From: an uncultured Desulfospira sp.
GTDB taxonomy: Bacteria; Desulfobacterota; Desulfobacteria; Desulfobacterales; Desulfobacteraceae
NCBI GenBank assembly: GCA_963663165.1
Contig: OY760175.1
Location: forward strand, 2,720,001-2,784,000
Length of the DNA: 64,000 bases
Direction of reading: 5' to 3'
Positions 60,514 to 64,000 of this stretch are shown here, piece after piece (positions within the stretch are counted from its first letter, which is position 1; each line of letters starts with the position of its first letter). The position numbers and the translations under genes are program-made. A model generated the notes under the pieces. It was given only the letters and a program-made list of their open reading frames with translations. It searched no databases and was not told the DNA's origin.

Positions 60514-61631
60514 ACGATATTCAAGCCTTTTACGAGGCCGCAGCCCATCCTGAAGCCCAGGCAGCCCGCATCAAATCCAAATCACCTGAAAAAAGGATCA
60601 TTGGCCACGTCTGCTCCTATGCCCCGGAAGAACTCATATATGCGGCCGGATGCCATCCTGTGCGGATCTTTCCGGGAAAAGAGCGGGCCACAGGGCTTTC
60701 CGACACCCACCTTCAGTCCTATTGCTGTTCACTGGTCCGGGGCATCCTTGAGCAGTGCCTTTCCGGACGCCTGAATTTTCTGGACGGTATCATCTTTCCC
60801 CACACCTGTGATTCCATGATGCGGTTAAGTGATATTGTCCGGTTGAACGGACAGACGGCTTTTTTCTCCGATGTGATTTTACCGGCCAAGCTTCATACCG
60901 ACAGTGCCTCAGATTATTTAAAGGCCGTGCTTGAACGGTTCTGCAAAAATCTTGAATCCCATACCGGCCGGGTCATCACAGAAGCGGACCTTAAAGGGGC
61001 GGTCCGCCTTTTTAACGCCATTCGGAAAAACCTTTCAAGACTTTATGAACTGACGGCTCAAACCCCCGGGGTGATGTCGGGAAAAGACCTTTGGGCCATT
61101 GTACAGGGCGCCATGATCATGGAGCGGGGTGAGCTTCTAAAACGGCTTGAGTCCATTGTTTCAACCATAGAACAGGCAAAGGGGATGCCCTTTGACGGCC
61201 CGCGCCTGATCCTGTCCGGATCTGTCTGCACCACGCCGGAAATCTACGGCCTGATTGAAGATTCCGGAGCTGCTGTGGTGGCTGATGACTTGTGTACCGG
61301 GCAGCGGTGGTTTGACGGGCAGATCAATGAGACCCTGCCGCCCCTGGAGGCCTTGACCCGGCGGTACACCCGGCGGCTGATCTGTCCGGCCAAATACGCC
61401 GGGACCCTTGCCCGGGCAGAGCAGCTGGTGGTCATGGTAAAACAACAAAACGCCGACGGGGTGGTTTTCCTGGTCTATAAATTCTGTGATCCCCACGCCT
61501 TTGACATGCCATATCTAAAGGAAGTCCTGGATGAAGCCGGCATCAAAAACCAGGTCATCGAAATAGACGAAGGGCAGCAGAGTACGGGACAGACTGCGAC
61601 CCGGCTGGAAACCTTTATCCAGATGCTGTAA
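60510..61631 (+). CDS. 2-hydroxyacyl-CoA dehydratase/benzoyl-CoA reductase family subunit
   Basis: PEELIYAAG, HTCD, DDLC, KFCDP, TRLE.F. Confidence 0.88.
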   Translation: MNDIQAFYEAAAHPEAQAARIKSKSPEKRIIGHVCSYAPEELIYAAGCHPVRIFPGKERATGLSDTHLQSYCCSLVRGILEQCLSGRLNFLDGIIFPHTCDSMMRLSDIVRLNGQTAFFSDVILPAKLHTDSASDYLKAVLERFCKNLESHTGRVITEADLKGAVRLFNAIRKNLSRLYELTAQTPGVMSGKDLWAIVQGAMIMERGELLKRLESIVSTIEQAKGMPFDGPRLILSGSVCTTPEIYGLIEDSGAAVVADDLCTGQRWFDGQINETLPPLEALTRRYTRRLICPAKYAGTLARAEQLVVMVKQQNADGVVFLVYKFCDPHAFDMPYLKEVLDEAGIKNQVIEIDEGQQSTGQTATRLETFIQML

Positions 61632-61704
61632 ACCAGGAAACCGTCCATCACCGACAGCTAATGGCTAACCGCTAAAAGCTTATAGCTATCAAAGGAACAA
61701 CCCA

Positions 61705-62937
61705 ATGCCGGACAAAGAATATATTAAAATAAAATCAGCCAAAAAAATGCGGGATATCATGGGGCTGTACTATATGGATGCCTTAAGCGCGGCCCAAAAT
61801 AATAAACAGGTGGCCTGGATCACCTCGGGCGGTCCTGTGGAACCGCTGGTGGCCATGGATATCATTCCGGTTTATCCGGAAAACCACGGGGCCATGATCG
61901 GGGCCTCCAAAATGGGAGAGGACTTGTGCGTCAAGGCCGAAGAAATGGGATACAGCACAGACCTTTGCTCCTATGCCAGGGCCGACATTGCCTGCTCTGT
62001 GGTCAAGGGCGGCCCCATTGGCGGACTTCCCCGGCCGGATATGCTGATTTGCTGCAACAACATCTGCAGCACAGTGGTCAAATGGTACGAGGTCCAGGCC
62101 CGTTTTTTCAATGTGCCCTTGTTTCTCCTGGACACGCCCGTCTGCCATGGGGAATACACAAAAGAAGCGGATGCCTATGTAAAGGCCCAGATCCGTGAGT
62201 ACATTGAATTTTTAGAGACCATGACCGGCACCCGGCTGGATCAGGACCGGATGGCGCAAACCGGAAGGCTCTCCCTGGAAGGGCAGAAATTATGGCAGCA
62301 GGTGCTGGCCGCAACCCGGCACAAGCCCTCTCCCATGAGCGCCTTTGACGCTTTTTTTTTCCTGGCCCTGATCGTGACCCTGAGGGGGACTCAGACCGCC
62401 GTGGATTTTTACAAAGAACTGCTCCGTGAAATGGCGCAGCGCATCCAGAACAACATTGGGGTGGTGCCCGACGAAGCCTTCCGGCTGCTCTGGGATAATT
62501 TGCCGGTCTGGCACGAACTGCGGTGGCTTTCAAAAACCTTTGCCGGCCATAAGGCATGCCTGGTGGCCGACACCTATACCTCGGCCTGGTGCAGTGCCAT
62601 AGATTACATTGACCCTGAGGATTTTTTAGGGTCTATGCCCAGGGCCTACACCAATATCTACCTGAATACCGGCGTGGACCGGATGGCCGATCAGGTACTT
62701 GAGTATATCCGGTATTACGATGTTAACGGCCTGGTCATGCATTCCAACCGCTCCTGCAAGCCTTACTCTCTAGGGCAGATGGATATCATGAACCGGGTCA
62801 AAAACGCCATGGACATTCCGGTTCTCATGCTTGAGGCAGACATGACCGACCCCCGAAGCTTTTCAAAATCCCAGGCAGAAACCAGAATTGATGCATTCAT
62901 GGAAATCGTCAAACAAAAACAGGGGGCCGCCTCATGA
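61705..62937 (+). CDS. 2-hydroxyacyl-CoA dehydratase/benzoyl-CoA reductase family subunit
   Basis: YPEN, DLCSY, NNIC, RSCK, TRIDAF. Confidence 0.88.
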   Translation: MPDKEYIKIKSAKKMRDIMGLYYMDALSAAQNNKQVAWITSGGPVEPLVAMDIIPVYPENHGAMIGASKMGEDLCVKAEEMGYSTDLCSYARADIACSVVKGGPIGGLPRPDMLICCNNICSTVVKWYEVQARFFNVPLFLLDTPVCHGEYTKEADAYVKAQIREYIEFLETMTGTRLDQDRMAQTGRLSLEGQKLWQQVLAATRHKPSPMSAFDAFFFLALIVTLRGTQTAVDFYKELLREMAQRIQNNIGVVPDEAFRLLWDNLPVWHELRWLSKTFAGHKACLVADTYTSAWCSAIDYIDPEDFLGSMPRAYTNIYLNTGVDRMADQVLEYIRYYDVNGLVMHSNRSCKPYSLGQMDIMNRVKNAMDIPVLMLEADMTDPRSFSKSQAETRIDAFMEIVKQKQGAAS

Positions 62938-63701
62938 TTTCTGCCGGTATTGATATTGGCTCCATCACGGCCAAGGCCGCCCTGGTTCAAGGCCGCAGGG
63001 TTATGGGAACCAGCGTCATCCCCACGGGATTTGATCATGGGCTGACGGCAGAAAAAGTACTGGATCAGCTGCTTGAAAAAACCGGCATCAATTTTGGAAA
63101 AATTAAACACATCGTTGCCACGGGATACGGCCGGGCCAGTGTTGCCGTTGCCGCTAAAGCCATGACCGAAATCATCTGCCACGGGGCCGGTGCCTTTTTT
63201 TTGAATCCCGGAACAAAGGGCATTATTGACGTGGGCGGCCAGGACGCCAAAGCCATTCTTCTGGACAAGGAAGGGCGGGTTCAGGATTTTGCCATGAATG
63301 ACAAGTGCGCAGCCGGCACCGGAAGGTTTCTCGAAGTCATGGCCAAAGCCCTTGAAGTCAGCCTTGAAGATTTAGGGCAGATCAGCCTGACCGGCCAGGA
63401 ACCGGTTCACATATCCAGCGTCTGCACTGTATTTGCGGAATCCGAAGTGATTTCCATGATTGCCCGCAGGGAAAGCCGGGAAAATATTATTTCAGGCATT
63501 CACCAGTCTGCGGCCTCCAGGATTTCGTCTCTGGCCCTGCGGGCCGGGATCGGCCCGCCTGTGGTGATGACCGGCGGGGTGGCAAAAAATATCGGCATGG
63601 TCAAAGCCCTTGAGTCCTGTCTCGGGTGGAAAATCACGGTCAGTGACTTTCCCCAGGAAAACGGGGCCATTGGGGCGGCGGTGATTGCCGGCACCCTTTA
63701 A
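62934..63701 (+). CDS. ATP-dependent dehydratase activator (HgdC-like)
   Basis: GIDIGS, ATGYGR, DVGGQD, NDKCAAGTG, CTVFAESE. Confidence 0.93.
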   Translation: MISAGIDIGSITAKAALVQGRRVMGTSVIPTGFDHGLTAEKVLDQLLEKTGINFGKIKHIVATGYGRASVAVAAKAMTEIICHGAGAFFLNPGTKGIIDVGGQDAKAILLDKEGRVQDFAMNDKCAAGTGRFLEVMAKALEVSLEDLGQISLTGQEPVHISSVCTVFAESEVISMIARRESRENIISGIHQSAASRISSLALRAGIGPPVVMTGGVAKNIGMVKALESCLGWKITVSDFPQENGAIGAAVIAGTL

Positions 63702-63717
63702 AACAGCCGTTCAGGCA

Positions 63718-63999
63718 CTACTCAGGGGGCTGGCTTTGTTTCATTTTTTCAATCAGATGCTGAACCAGATCCCCGCCGGGGGCGGTTGCCATGGGATTGA
63801 TCTTCACCAGCGCTTCCCATGCCTGGACTGCCCCGCTGATATCATTTAGATCGTGCATCAAAACAACGCCCTTGTTAAACCGGGCCGTTTCAAAGGAAGG
63901 ATCTGCTGCCACGGCCCGGTCAAAGGCTTCGACGGCTTTTTCAGGCTGGCCGCTGCGCCGGTACATCACCCCGAGGTCGGTAAGGACTTCGGGATTGGC
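63718..63999 (-). CDS. TPR protein, C-terminal part
   Basis: DLGVMYRR...A..AF, ARFNKGV; runs off the window edge. Confidence 0.8.
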   Translation of the reverse strand, partial: ANPEVLTDLGVMYRRSGQPEKAVEAFDRAVAADPSFETARFNKGVVLMHDLNDISGAVQAWEALVKINPMATAPGGDLVQHLIEKMKQSQPPE

Positions 64000-64000
64000 C

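Noticed and set aside
1..64000. DGR, retron or group II intron
   Set aside because: No reverse transcriptase motif or TR/VR pair seen

Overview
Chromosomal window of an anaerobic deltaproteobacterium, most likely Desulfobacteraceae-like (inferred from gene content and intergenic repeats). Bases 1-9168 are the right part of an integrated phage-satellite-like element (integrase, ORF6N, TA pair, structured RNA candidate, excisionase, Rep, primase-helicase). It appears to be inserted in the 3' end of a ppaC-type pyrophosphatase gene and has itself been hit by a RIT element, an IS200 and a 373-bp MITE. The rest is mostly core or metabolic: selO, a TetR-mutA-mutB-meaB operon, two dockerin-tailed secreted proteins, tdh-kbl, a Wsp-like chemosensory cluster interrupted by pseudogene debris, a RelE/CopG pair and an acyl-CoA ligase/2-hydroxyacyl-CoA dehydratase cluster. 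The strongest signal is a sigma54-driven operon (TusA-like, Tat FeS protein, NrfD, cytochrome). Its cytochrome is split in the ORF track by one in-frame TGA at the conserved Cys position of the octaheme tetrathionate reductase motif, followed by a SECIS-like hairpin, which predicts a 13-heme selenoprotein. Also notable are a bipartite intergenic element present twice, self-encoded ORF6N palindromes and many 7-mer tandem arrays. No rRNA, tRNA or CRISPR array was seen. All family assignments are from motif recognition, not database searches.
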